This document shows positions 16,792 through 26,461 of a stretch of 64,000 nucleotides of DNA, in pieces. Origin of the DNA: Bacteroidota bacterium (GTDB lineage: Bacteria; Bacteroidota; Bacteroidia; Chitinophagales; LD1). Where the stretch lies: NCBI GenBank assembly GCA_947478005.1, contig CANJVG010000001.1, forward strand, positions 17,832 through 81,831, read 5' to 3'. Each line of letters starts with the position of its first letter. Within the stretch, counting starts at the first letter, position 1. Below the pieces are notes generated by a model that was not told where the DNA came from, did not search any database, and worked only from the letters and a program-made list of their open reading frames with translations. A program made the position numbers and the translations under genes.

Positions 16792-18656
16792 AAACGTTCC
16801 TGACATTTTTGTTTCTAATCAATTTGCTTGTCTCGCAGGCGGAGAGAAAGGATACTGTCATGTTGGACGAAGTAGTAAAAGTTGAAAATCTTTCTTCGAA
16901 CAATTTCCAATCCCCGTTTACCGAAATGAAATACCAGAACGGTAAAAGATTAAGTGATGCGCTAGGAGAATTTTCCTCCGTGTACATAAAGAATTATGGA
17001 GTGGGTCAACTCTCGTCTATTGCTGTGCGTGGTACATCCGCTTCGCAAACAGAAGTGCAGTGGAATGGAATAAAGCTAAACTCTCCTTCCCTTGGGCAGT
17101 GCGACCTCTCTCTCTTTACCCTGGGAATGCAACAGGATTTACAACTCATTCGCACCGGATACAAAGGAACCATAGGAGGAACTTTACAAATGAATAACGA
17201 GCTAAAAATAGATTCAGGCATATCTGCCAGAATAAGTTTGCGGACAGGAAGTTTCAAAACACATGAAGGAATTGGTTCGTTGCAGTATTCTCACAACCAT
17301 ATTTCCGGAGCCACCAGTTTCAGTTATCTGAGTTCTGAAAACAACTTTCAATTCCGGAATATTTTCAAAGAAGGGCATCCTCTTCAAAAACAAACAAACG
17401 CAGTTGTTCGGCAACTTTCTTTTTTACAACAACTTGGCGGAAAAGTAGATGCACACAATGAAGTGAACTGTTATTTATGGCTTACTGAAGCAGATAGAGA
17501 AGTTCCACCGATAATGAGTAAGGAAATGGGTAGCGAAACTCAATATGATTATTCACTGCGCGCCATGCTGAATTGGAAAGCAAAGTACAGTTTATTGAAA
17601 TTGAGTTTTACCTCTGCTTACATTCAGGATAAACTTCGCTACAAAAATCAGGAGGTATCATTGGATGAAACTTCGATGATGCAAGCCGTTCGAAATGTAT
17701 TTACAACGACTTATTCTTTTCCTTTCAATTTAGTTCTGAATGCAGAATTAAATTATGACTTGGAGCTTGCTAATATTCACTCTTATGGCGAAACTAAATC
17801 AAGAAATACTTCCGGATTAAAATTTTATTCCGATTACTACTTAGCTAATGGCTTAAAAATTCATTTAGGTTTCAGAGAAGATATGGTTGGTAAAAAGTCT
17901 TCGGTCTTTGCACCAGAAATCGCTGCAACCTACAGCAACCGAACGAAGAACGAGAAACACTACTTCAGCGCGGCAACTATCATCTCCCGTAATTTTCGCT
18001 TTCCAACACTCAACGATTTGTATTGGATTCCCGGTGGCAATCCCAATTTGAAAAGTGAACGATCCTGGAATGGTGAATTCAGTTTCAAATATGCCCATCA
18101 AAAGTACTTCGACATTTCTTTGAATGGTTTTTGCCTTTATGTAAATGATTGGATTCAGTGGGCCCCGCAAGGCAACCTCTGGATGCCCGAGAACTATAAA
18201 CGAGTATTATCCAGAGGCTTTGAAGCAAATATTCATACTACGAACGATGAAGGCAAACCGAATAGATTTGCTATTCATTTGAATATATCCTATACCTTCA
18301 CCAAGACTACTAACCTGGATGCTGCAAACGAATTCGACCAATCAGCAAACAAGCAATTAATCTATGTTCCTCTGCATCGTGTTGTTGCCGGAGTTCAGTT
18401 ACAGTACCGGAAATTTTACATGCGCTCAATAAATAGTTTTGTGAGTCGTGTTTTTACTTCTACTGATAATGCACAATTCCTGAAGGGATATTTTCTAAGC
18501 GATTTAGAGGTCGGAAAGGATTTTAGGTTAGGGAAATACGAAACCGGACTTTCCTTTCGTATCAACAATATAGCGGGCACACAATATCAAAATGTAGCAC
18601 AGCATGCCATGCCCGGAAGAAATTTTGAAGGAACCTTACGATTTAAATTCAACTGA
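16788..18656 (+). CDS. TonB-dependent receptor, BtuB-like
   Basis: TonB-box-like DEVVKV, plug block IAVRGTSASQTEVQWNGIKLNS, and barrel end ...GRNFEGTLRFKFN. ATGA start/stop overlap with the previous gene. It sits downstream of the B12 riboswitch. Confidence 0.85.
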   Translation: MKTFLTFLFLINLLVSQAERKDTVMLDEVVKVENLSSNNFQSPFTEMKYQNGKRLSDALGEFSSVYIKNYGVGQLSSIAVRGTSASQTEVQWNGIKLNSPSLGQCDLSLFTLGMQQDLQLIRTGYKGTIGGTLQMNNELKIDSGISARISLRTGSFKTHEGIGSLQYSHNHISGATSFSYLSSENNFQFRNIFKEGHPLQKQTNAVVRQLSFLQQLGGKVDAHNEVNCYLWLTEADREVPPIMSKEMGSETQYDYSLRAMLNWKAKYSLLKLSFTSAYIQDKLRYKNQEVSLDETSMMQAVRNVFTTTYSFPFNLVLNAELNYDLELANIHSYGETKSRNTSGLKFYSDYYLANGLKIHLGFREDMVGKKSSVFAPEIAATYSNRTKNEKHYFSAATIISRNFRFPTLNDLYWIPGGNPNLKSERSWNGEFSFKYAHQKYFDISLNGFCLYVNDWIQWAPQGNLWMPENYKRVLSRGFEANIHTTNDEGKPNRFAIHLNISYTFTKTTNLDAANEFDQSANKQLIYVPLHRVVAGVQLQYRKFYMRSINSFVSRVFTSTDNAQFLKGYFLSDLEVGKDFRLGKYETGLSFRINNIAGTQYQNVAQHAMPGRNFEGTLRFKFN

Positions 18657-19693
18657 TGAAGAGGGTGCATTTACTATTCGTTTTAATTCCACTCCTCTAT
18701 TCCTGTCACAAGGAAACGAAACCCGAGTTGCTTAAAAGCAAGGGAGTATACATCGTTAATGAAGGCAACTTTGGGTTTGGCAACGCAGACATTTCGTTTT
18801 ATGACCCGCAAACAAAGCAAACAAGTAATGACATATTCAAAACCGTGAACGGATATTCATTAGGTGATGTCGCACAGAGCATATATATAAAGGACTCCTT
18901 TGCTTTCATTGTTGTAAATAATTCAGCGAAAATAGAGCTCGTAAAACTTCCTTCATTTCAAAAGGTAAAGACTATCGCTATTCCTGGTTCCAATCCGCGC
19001 TATATTCTTCCTATCGATGACAGCATTGCTTATGTTACCGAAATTTATTCCAATAAAATTCACGTTATCAATTACCTAACGGGAAATTTAAAAACAGAAA
19101 TTTCTGTTCCACAATACACCGAACATTTGATGCGCATGGATGAATATGTTTTTGTCGAGGGTAAAAAGATTTACTCCAATCCTTCATCTAAAGGGGCAGT
19201 ATTCAGAATTCGGATTTCCGACAACACATTACTTGATAAAAAAGAATTTATCGGAGATGCGGAAGGAATTGTAAAAGATAAAAACGGACATCTTTGGATT
19301 GCTCTGGATAAAGATACAGCAACCAATACTAATGCGCAGCTGATATGTTTTGATAAAGAATTTAATACAGTTTCGCAATTCTCGTTGAGTTCATCTAACA
19401 TTCACCTAAATCATTTATCCATTGACGGAAAAGGAGAAACGCTTTTTTACCTGTCAGGCAAAAACATTTATAGCACGTCCATTTCGAACTTTTCACCCAG
19501 CTTACTTTTTACTTCTACCGCATCCAATGTCTATTCCATGGGAATTGACCCGGTAAATAGCGATATTTATCTAAGCGATGCTTTGGACTATGTTCAATCA
19601 TCACGTGTTTACCGTCACGACAAAACGGGAACATTAATTCATTCCTTCCTTGCGGGAATTATCTCCGACAATTTTGCTTTTACACATGAATAG
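18656..19693 (+). CDS. Lipoprotein, YncE-like/beta-propeller-like (in the position BtuG occupies next to btuB)
   Basis: Lipobox LLYSC. GVYIVNEGNFGFGNADISFYD is typical of YncE-like surface propeller proteins. TGATG overlap with the receptor gene. Confidence 0.7.
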   Translation: MKRVHLLFVLIPLLYSCHKETKPELLKSKGVYIVNEGNFGFGNADISFYDPQTKQTSNDIFKTVNGYSLGDVAQSIYIKDSFAFIVVNNSAKIELVKLPSFQKVKTIAIPGSNPRYILPIDDSIAYVTEIYSNKIHVINYLTGNLKTEISVPQYTEHLMRMDEYVFVEGKKIYSNPSSKGAVFRIRISDNTLLDKKEFIGDAEGIVKDKNGHLWIALDKDTATNTNAQLICFDKEFNTVSQFSLSSSNIHLNHLSIDGKGETLFYLSGKNIYSTSISNFSPSLLFTSTASNVYSMGIDPVNSDIYLSDALDYVQSSRVYRHDKTGTLIHSFLAGIISDNFAFTHE

Positions 19694-20873
19694 GGAACAG
19701 CTAACAGTTCACGGTTCACGGTTTACAGTTGCTTTGGTAATGTGGGCTATCCTCAGTGGTCCATCCTCTTGTAAAGATACTTCACAAACCAAAGAAGCTG
19801 TCCATACTCATTGCATGAGGGAAGCATTCCTCCCGGTCAAGTATGCCAAAGGATTTAAAGTTGATTACTACAATGGTTTTAAGGTAATCACCGTAACGGA
19901 TTGGAAAGATACCTCGAAAATATTTGCTCAGTATGTTTTACTTCCAAAAGGGAAACCTGCACCGGTTGATTTCAAATATGCCGTATTATTAGACCTACCG
20001 TTAAGAAAAGTAATTTGTGTTTCTACTAATCATTTATCCGAAATGGTTCGATTGGGTTTAGAAGATTCGGTTGCAGGAGTTGCAAACGTAGCGCTCATAT
20101 ATAATCAGGAATTGGTAGAGAAAGTGAAGCAAAACAAAATTGCCGACATCGGAAAAGATGAATTAAACTATGAGAGGATGGTAGAACTCAATCCCTCTTT
20201 TGTATTTAGCTCGGGCAATTGGGATGGAGGAGATAAAATGAAAAACAAATTAAACTCTCTGCATATCAAATCTGTATTGAATTTGGATTATATGGAACAG
20301 GAACCTCTTGCCCGTGCAGAATGGCTCAAGTTTGTTGCTGCGTTCTATAACCTAGAACCGGAGGCAGACAGTATCTTTCAACAAATAGAAAAAGATTTTT
20401 TGGCGCTAAAGGAAAAAGCGAAAACCGTTTCAAAGAAACCAACTGTCTTTGCCAATATACCGTTTAAGGAGATTTGGTATATGCCATGCGGAGAAAACTA
20501 TATGGCAAAAATGATTGCAGATGCAGGAGGTGAATTCCTATGGAAGGAAGCCAAGGCAACGAACGGATTAAATTTGAATCTGGATTATGAAGCCGTATAT
20601 TCAAGAGCAGCTGATGCAGATGTTTGGCTGTGCAACAGTTTTGCAAGTTCGCTCGCTGATATTAAAGCTGCTGATAAAAAAAATACATTTTTCAAAGCCT
20701 ATAAAAGCAAAAATGTTTTCAATTACGATAAGCGCAATACATCTAACGGAGGATTTGACTTTTGGGAAAGTGGTGCCCTCTCACCTGATAAGATTCTAGC
20801 AGATTTGATTTCTATTTTCCATCCCGAACTTTTACCCAATCATGAATTGTATTATTACCGTAAGCTAAAATGA
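19686..20873 (+). CDS. ABC transporter periplasmic substrate-binding protein (BtuF/FhuD-like)
   Basis: Lipoprotein-like N-terminus (LSGPSSC) and a periplasmic binding protein pattern (RKVICVSTNHLSEMVRLG, NPSFVFSS). It lies upstream of FecCD-type permease and ATPase genes. I chose the ATG at 19686, which overlaps the previous stop. Confidence 0.8.
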   Translation: MNREQLTVHGSRFTVALVMWAILSGPSSCKDTSQTKEAVHTHCMREAFLPVKYAKGFKVDYYNGFKVITVTDWKDTSKIFAQYVLLPKGKPAPVDFKYAVLLDLPLRKVICVSTNHLSEMVRLGLEDSVAGVANVALIYNQELVEKVKQNKIADIGKDELNYERMVELNPSFVFSSGNWDGGDKMKNKLNSLHIKSVLNLDYMEQEPLARAEWLKFVAAFYNLEPEADSIFQQIEKDFLALKEKAKTVSKKPTVFANIPFKEIWYMPCGENYMAKMIADAGGEFLWKEAKATNGLNLNLDYEAVYSRAADADVWLCNSFASSLADIKAADKKNTFFKAYKSKNVFNYDKRNTSNGGFDFWESGALSPDKILADLISIFHPELLPNHELYYYRKLK

Positions 20874-21889
20874 CTTTAAGCAGGAATTTTTTTTTGTTTA
20901 CAATAGGTGTAATAGCAGTAGTAGTAGTTTTCTGCTTACAACTTCTGCTTGGTTCTGTGTCCATTCCGTTCTCCGAAGTTATAGTTATTCTATTAAAGAA
21001 CAGTTCTAACAACGAAGCGTGGCGAAACATCGTGCTTGAATCGCGCTTGCCTGCTTCGCTGGCAGCAATGCTTGCCGGTGCAGGTTTATCCGTAAGCGGA
21101 TTGCAAATGCAAACTATGTTTCGAAACCCTGTGGCGGGCCCTTATGTTTTGGGAATAAGCGCTGGTGCCAGTTTTGGTGTAGCTCTGTTTATTCTTGCCG
21201 CTTCAGCTTTTGGCATTAACGAAATTCGTTTACTAAGTAGCTGGAGTATAATTCTTGCAGCTGCTATGGGAGCCATACTTATCTTTTTGATCAATTTCCT
21301 TATTTCCTTTCGCCTGAATGACATGGTAGCGATTCTGATTATCGGCCTAATGATTGGTGGGGGCATTAGTGCCTTAATTGAAATTATGCAAACCTTTTCG
21401 AGTAATGAGGCCTTGAAAAAATATGTACTGTGGACATTCGGCAGCTTTCGTTATGTGGATGCCAGCCAAATAGTTTACCTGGCAGCCGTGGTACTATCGG
21501 GGGTGGTTTTTTCATTCTTTCTGTCAAAGCCGCTGAACCTTTTATTGCTTGGAGATACTTACGCCACAAGCACCGGACTAAATGTTCGTGTCGCAAAAAT
21601 CCTGATTGTTCTATGCACAAGTATTCTTGCCGGTAGTATTACCGCATTTTGTGGACCAATTGGTTTTGTAGGCTTAGCTGTTCCGCATATAGCACGCGCT
21701 ACCTTTAAAACAGCCGACCATAAAATTCTGACTCCAGCCTGCGTTCTAATTGGGGCTGTAATTTGCGGTCTATGTAATGTGATAGCTTCCACCCCCGGCT
21801 CTGACAATATACTACCAGTAAATGCAATTACTTCACTACTCGGTGCACCTGTAGTTATTTGGATAATTCTAAGACAACGGAAACTTTAA
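20870..21889 (+). CDS. ABC transporter permease, FecCD/BtuC family
   Basis: Polytopic membrane protein with FecCD-like blocks (RNPVAGPYVLGISAGASFG, GPIGFVGLAVPHIAR). ATGA overlap with the upstream gene. Confidence 0.88.
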   Translation: MTLSRNFFLFTIGVIAVVVVFCLQLLLGSVSIPFSEVIVILLKNSSNNEAWRNIVLESRLPASLAAMLAGAGLSVSGLQMQTMFRNPVAGPYVLGISAGASFGVALFILAASAFGINEIRLLSSWSIILAAAMGAILIFLINFLISFRLNDMVAILIIGLMIGGGISALIEIMQTFSSNEALKKYVLWTFGSFRYVDASQIVYLAAVVLSGVVFSFFLSKPLNLLLLGDTYATSTGLNVRVAKILIVLCTSILAGSITAFCGPIGFVGLAVPHIARATFKTADHKILTPACVLIGAVICGLCNVIASTPGSDNILPVNAITSLLGAPVVIWIILRQRKL

Positions 21890-21890
21890 T

Positions 21891-22625
21891 ATGAGTCTGG
21901 CGGCAGAAAAATTGAGTATTGGCTATGGAAACGACAAAATCGTTTTCCGGGATATTTCTTTTGCTGCCAATAAAGGAGAGATGATTGCTTTGCTGGGAGT
22001 AAATGGTATCGGCAAGTCCACTTTGCTTCGAACAGTTTCTGGCTTACAGAAAAGCAGCAGTGGAGATATTTCTATTGATGACCGGACATTAGATACTCTC
22101 TCCGTTCAGGATAAAGCTAAACTGATTAGCATCGTTTTAACTGAAAAACTTTTTGTAGATAATATTTCCGTTCATGAGTTCATTGCTTTGGGTCGGATGC
22201 CTTACACGAGCTGGCTCGGTAATTTATCGATAGAAGACAAGAAGGAAGTGGAGAGGGTGATTGAAGTAATGAAAATGGAGAGACTTCGAGGTAAACTATT
22301 CAATGAAATAAGTGATGGAGAAAAGCAGAAGGTTCTTATTGCCCGGGCACTTTGTCAACAAACTCCGGTTATCATTCTTGATGAGCCCACCGCTTTTCTT
22401 GATTTCAGAAACAAGAAGGAAATTCTTGAACTGCTTTCTTCAATAGCCCGTGATATGAAAAAGATAGTGGTACTATCTACTCACGATATAGAAGCATCCA
22501 TAGAATTTTGCAGCAAATGCTGGCTGATGACGGAAGAGAAACAATTTGTGGAAATAAAGCGGAGTGAAAACTTCAGAAATGAAGTAATGCAGTTGTTGTT
22601 CCCTGAATTAAACAGCCATTCTTAA
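21891..22625 (+). CDS. ABC transporter ATP-binding protein (BtuD/FepC-like)
   Basis: Walker A GVNGIGKST, ABC signature ISDGEKQKV and Walker B VIILDEPT. Confidence 0.9.
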   Translation: MSLAAEKLSIGYGNDKIVFRDISFAANKGEMIALLGVNGIGKSTLLRTVSGLQKSSSGDISIDDRTLDTLSVQDKAKLISIVLTEKLFVDNISVHEFIALGRMPYTSWLGNLSIEDKKEVERVIEVMKMERLRGKLFNEISDGEKQKVLIARALCQQTPVIILDEPTAFLDFRNKKEILELLSSIARDMKKIVVLSTHDIEASIEFCSKCWLMTEEKQFVEIKRSENFRNEVMQLLFPELNSHS

Positions 22626-23093
22626 TTCATCGTACATCTTTTCGATAAAATAGACGGACAGTTTATTTTTTACTTCGATTGACTTTTTAATAGAGACAAA
22701 AAAGTCAACCAGCTTCTTGAAGTCAGCAGGCTTTTGCATGTAGCCATTGGCACCTAATCGATAACACTCAATCATGTCCTTCTTGTAATCACTATTAGTT
22801 ACCATAATAACAGGAGTGGCTTCTAAATCAGGATCAGTTTTAATTTTTTCGAGCACCTCCTTGCCGTTTACTTTTGGCATATTCAAATCAAGCAATACCA
22901 AATCAAAAGGTTTGTTTAAAATCTTTGCAGTATCTAAGGTCTCGCACGCTTCCTCACCATCATAAGCATAAGACAGTTCAATAATTTCACTCAGTTCGGC
23001 TTCCTTAATAGCTTCCTGAATTAAACGAACTTCGGCTGGATTATCCTCTATCAAAAATAAACGATACGATTCTTGACGGTTTACTGTAAGCAT
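22608..23093 (-). CDS. Stand-alone response regulator receiver protein (CheY-like)
   Basis: LIEDN, phospho-acceptor context DLVLLDLNMPKVNG, VIMVTNS and GYMQKP. No output domain is present. Confidence 0.85.
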   Translation of the reverse strand: MLTVNRQESYRLFLIEDNPAEVRLIQEAIKEAELSEIIELSYAYDGEEACETLDTAKILNKPFDLVLLDLNMPKVNGKEVLEKIKTDPDLEATPVIMVTNSDYKKDMIECYRLGANGYMQKPADFKKLVDFFVSIKKSIEVKNKLSVYFIEKMYDELRMAV

Positions 23094-23207
23094 ATATTTC
23101 TAGTTTATTGGGCTAAAATATGCCTAAGCCTATCATTCGAAAGATAGGTTATGGCACCACTACTGTTGAAAAGTAATAGCGGTGGTTCAAAATAGGACAA
23201 ATACCCT

Positions 23208-23246
23208 AAATAAAAATGCGGAATCTGGATTTACCCAATTCCGCAT
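23208..23246 (-). terminator. Rho-independent terminator (minus strand)
   Basis: Stem AATGCGGAAT / ATTCCGCATT. On the minus strand it is followed by a T-run (A-run at 23210-23214 on plus). Confidence 0.65.
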
Positions 23247-23266
23247 TCCAAATTCTTAATGCTTGA

Positions 23267-24754
23267 TTATTCTGCTCCTTCCTGTTTGTCTTCATCGTTC
23301 ACCTTCATGAGCGATTTCGGTTTATAGTTAGGGTTTTCAAGATGAAGGATATAATCTTCTACCTGGTCTGCGCCAATTCTTCTTGCCTTAATTACCTTCT
23401 CTGAATCGAGAATGTAAATCTGCGGAGTGCTTTGAATATCCCATTCGTAACGGAAATTGCTGTGGCGTTTTGAATCGCAAACGTTGGTCCAATCGAGGTT
23501 GTTATTTTTGATAAACTCTACCCAGTCTTTGTAGTTTTCAATTTCCATGATTGCGGGTGCATAGCCTGCTACATCTACTCCTTTCTTCTTCAAATTGTGA
23601 TAGGCTTCACCTAGCACCGGCAACTCCTTTTTGCAATGCCCGCAATCCGGATCCCAAAAGGCAAGGATGGTGTATTTTGCTTTAATGTCCTGCAATGATT
23701 TCCACTGCATTTCCGTAGAGTCACTTGGCAAGATTAGCCGTTGTGCTTTTTTACCCACCAACACTGGTTCCAAGCGGTTGGCACGGTCACAAATCTTAAA
23801 TCTCTTGGCGGTGTCTATCCATGGCGTGAACTCCTGCTGGCAGAAATATTTTTTTCCGAAATGAACATAGGCTGCATCGAAGCCCATGATTTTGGAATTT
23901 GCCATTTCGTTGAAAATATAGGTAAGCACATAACGATAAAGTTCGTTCTTCTTGTCAGTCCTGTTAATTAGGTCATCACCGGCTACAATGATTGAATCAG
24001 GAACCTGCACCACTGTTTGAGAGAAGAAGGTTTTCAATTTATTGTGAAACACCGGGCAACGCAGCAAACGCTCGTCTTTTAAATCTACATTATCCCAATA
24101 GTGGGCTTTGTAGAAACGCCATTGCCATGCTGAGTCAATAATTTTGCCATTTGCATCTTTTGGTGCTTCCGGAACATCCACATCTTTCATTGCGCGGAGA
24201 AGTTTGCCATAAAACAAGTCGGGATACTTTGTCATGATGCTGACGCGCTGCCCTTTTACATCCTTGTCTATTTGAATCAATCGCTCTTTATAACTCTCTT
24301 TATCCTTAGCATCCTTGGCTGCTTTGTAAAGATTGTTGAGAGAATCGGAAGTAACTTTCATTTTGCCTAAAAACTTCATATCATCATAAAACAAAGTGTT
24401 CTCTACCGAGCCCGTTACTTTAATATGGCCGGTTAAATCGGCTGTGTCGGTTTCCAATGTGAAGGATGATTCGCTGATGATAAACTCGAAATAGCGATTG
24501 CCTAATGCCGGAAACACAGCCAGGTAAACACCTCCGGGCAAGGTAGTGTCGGCTTTTAGGCTCAGGCTTCCCTTTTTGTCAAATTCCAAAGTGTCTTTTA
24601 CATACTGCTTGTCGCCATAGTAGTTGGCTAAAATCATTTTTGAGCCTTCAAGATTCTTTACAGTAATCTTGATGTTCATGGGTTTATAATTGGTAGCAAA
24701 TGTTGCTATCATCATAAAAACGAAGAGTAAAGAAGCGGAGATTTTCTTTGTCAT
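23267..24754 (-). CDS. TlpA/ResA-like thiol-disulfide oxidoreductase with a long N-terminal domain
   Basis: Thioredoxin-fold CxxC motif in FWDPDCGHCKKELP, with a signal peptide. I chose the internal ATG at 24754 (MTKKISASLLFVF...). Confidence 0.8.
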   Translation of the reverse strand: MTKKISASLLFVFMMIATFATNYKPMNIKITVKNLEGSKMILANYYGDKQYVKDTLEFDKKGSLSLKADTTLPGGVYLAVFPALGNRYFEFIISESSFTLETDTADLTGHIKVTGSVENTLFYDDMKFLGKMKVTSDSLNNLYKAAKDAKDKESYKERLIQIDKDVKGQRVSIMTKYPDLFYGKLLRAMKDVDVPEAPKDANGKIIDSAWQWRFYKAHYWDNVDLKDERLLRCPVFHNKLKTFFSQTVVQVPDSIIVAGDDLINRTDKKNELYRYVLTYIFNEMANSKIMGFDAAYVHFGKKYFCQQEFTPWIDTAKRFKICDRANRLEPVLVGKKAQRLILPSDSTEMQWKSLQDIKAKYTILAFWDPDCGHCKKELPVLGEAYHNLKKKGVDVAGYAPAIMEIENYKDWVEFIKNNNLDWTNVCDSKRHSNFRYEWDIQSTPQIYILDSEKVIKARRIGADQVEDYILHLENPNYKPKSLMKVNDEDKQEGAE

Positions 24755-24908
24755 AGTTGAATTTTTATCGAGCCAAAAATATTCGATTTCCTTAAAGAGC
24801 GGCATGAAATCAGTTCAATAACCCGTTAAAAAATCTTAACCCTTCGTAGTAGGTTCTTATACGAAGCCCGTTGCAAGGGGTGAATGATTTTAAAGGTATT
24901 TAAGACTT

Positions 24909-26162
24909 CTATTCCACATACAACACCAATCCTTTCAGATATAAACCTTCGGGGTTGAAGATACTTACCGGATGATCGGCAGGCTGAGAGAGGTGGTGAA
25001 GGACTTTGATATTTCTATGCGAATCAATCGCGGCAGATGTAACAGCGCCTGTAAACATTTCGCGATCCACAACCTGTGAACAGGAGAACGTGAACACAAT
25101 TCCGCCTTTCTTTATTTTTTTGAAAGCTGCCTGATTTAATCTTGTGTAAGCCTGAATGGCATGGTGTCGGGCCGACTGCGCTTTTGCAAAGGCCGGGGGA
25201 TCGAGTACAATGATGTCGTATTCTTCTTTGGATGTTTTCATAAAATCAAAAACATCGCTACCGAACGATTCGTGTTTACCCGCACAGTTGTTCAGCTTTA
25301 CATTTTGGTTGGTGAGGTCGATGGCCTTGGCACTGCTATCAACTGAGTGAACGAGCGAAGCACCTGCCTGCATGGCATAAACGGAAAAACCGCCTGAATA
25401 AGAGAAGGTATTCAAGATGCTTTTACCGTTGGCGTATCTAGAAAGCAAAGAACGGTTGTCACGTTGGTCGATGAAGAAACCAGTCTTCTGCCCCAGCACC
25501 CAATCAACCATAAACTTGTTATTATTTTCCAGCACTACCCTGCTCGATTCGGGGGAGGCGTTTTTCGAATAAAGATAAGCATCGGTGGTTGGATGATTGG
25601 TGATGGCAGGTGGAGGAGTTCCTTCTTCTGCTGAACCGGGTGCCGCCATTTTATGATTGAGTGTAGCCGCGCTTTTGTCGTACACCGAAGTCAATCTTTC
25701 GCCATAGCCGGTCTTTAGTATATCTACAAATTTTTCTTTTTCAGCGCTCATGCCTTTTGAATGGCATTGAATTACGGCAGTGCCGTTATACCAGTCAATA
25801 ATCAAACCCGGCATGCCGTCCCCTTCTGCATTTACCAGGCGATAGGCATTGGTGGTTTTGCTTTCGGTCAATCCGATGTTTCTGCGCTGGGCAAAGGCCT
25901 GTTGCAAGCGTTTTTTCCAGATATCTTCAAGGCTGGTTATCTTTTCAAAACTGAAAATGCGCGCGCTGACGCTCCCCGTGCCAAAGTGGCCAATACCGAG
26001 AAACTCTCCGTCTTCGGAAACAATTTCGACTACATCGCCCTGGTCGGGGTTTCCGTCTTTGCATTTTACAGCACCGCTGAATACCCAGGGATGAAAGCGT
26101 TTTATGGCCTGCGTTTTCTGCCGGTGCAGAATCAGTGTAGGGAATGGTTGCTGGTTGCTCAT
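24909..26162 (-). CDS. Class I SAM-dependent rRNA methyltransferase, RlmI-like
   Basis: N-terminal RFHPWVFSGAV (PUA-like start of RlmI/YccW). Methyltransferase blocks ILNTFSYSGGFSV and VLDPPAFAK. Confidence 0.85.
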   Translation of the reverse strand: MSNQQPFPTLILHRQKTQAIKRFHPWVFSGAVKCKDGNPDQGDVVEIVSEDGEFLGIGHFGTGSVSARIFSFEKITSLEDIWKKRLQQAFAQRRNIGLTESKTTNAYRLVNAEGDGMPGLIIDWYNGTAVIQCHSKGMSAEKEKFVDILKTGYGERLTSVYDKSAATLNHKMAAPGSAEEGTPPPAITNHPTTDAYLYSKNASPESSRVVLENNNKFMVDWVLGQKTGFFIDQRDNRSLLSRYANGKSILNTFSYSGGFSVYAMQAGASLVHSVDSSAKAIDLTNQNVKLNNCAGKHESFGSDVFDFMKTSKEEYDIIVLDPPAFAKAQSARHHAIQAYTRLNQAAFKKIKKGGIVFTFSCSQVVDREMFTGAVTSAAIDSHRNIKVLHHLSQPADHPVSIFNPEGLYLKGLVLYVE

Positions 26163-26461
26163 GATACGGACTGCAAGGGTAATTTATTTTTATTCAATAC
26201 TACTGTGAAAAAAGGGAGAAAATAGTAGCGGGTACAACAGCCCTTCAGGATTTGTTACATTCATTTAAACTAATAACTTAATTTCCGAGGAAGCAAATTT
26301 TGTTACCTTACAAGGACTTACTTTCCTTTTATCGATAATCAGGCAAGCATAGCTCAATTTAATGAACCCTGTGAAATCAAGCTCTTACCTTTTGATCCTG
26401 CCGTTAAAATTTCTACAAAAAACTTACAGAAAGTCAACCCGAATCTGAAGTTAACTATATA

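Noticed and set aside
22608-22625. 18-bp convergent overlap between the 3' ends of the ABC ATPase gene and the response-regulator gene
   Set aside because: The overlap is real, but short convergent overlaps are common in compact genomes. Nothing suggests a regulatory antisense mechanism.
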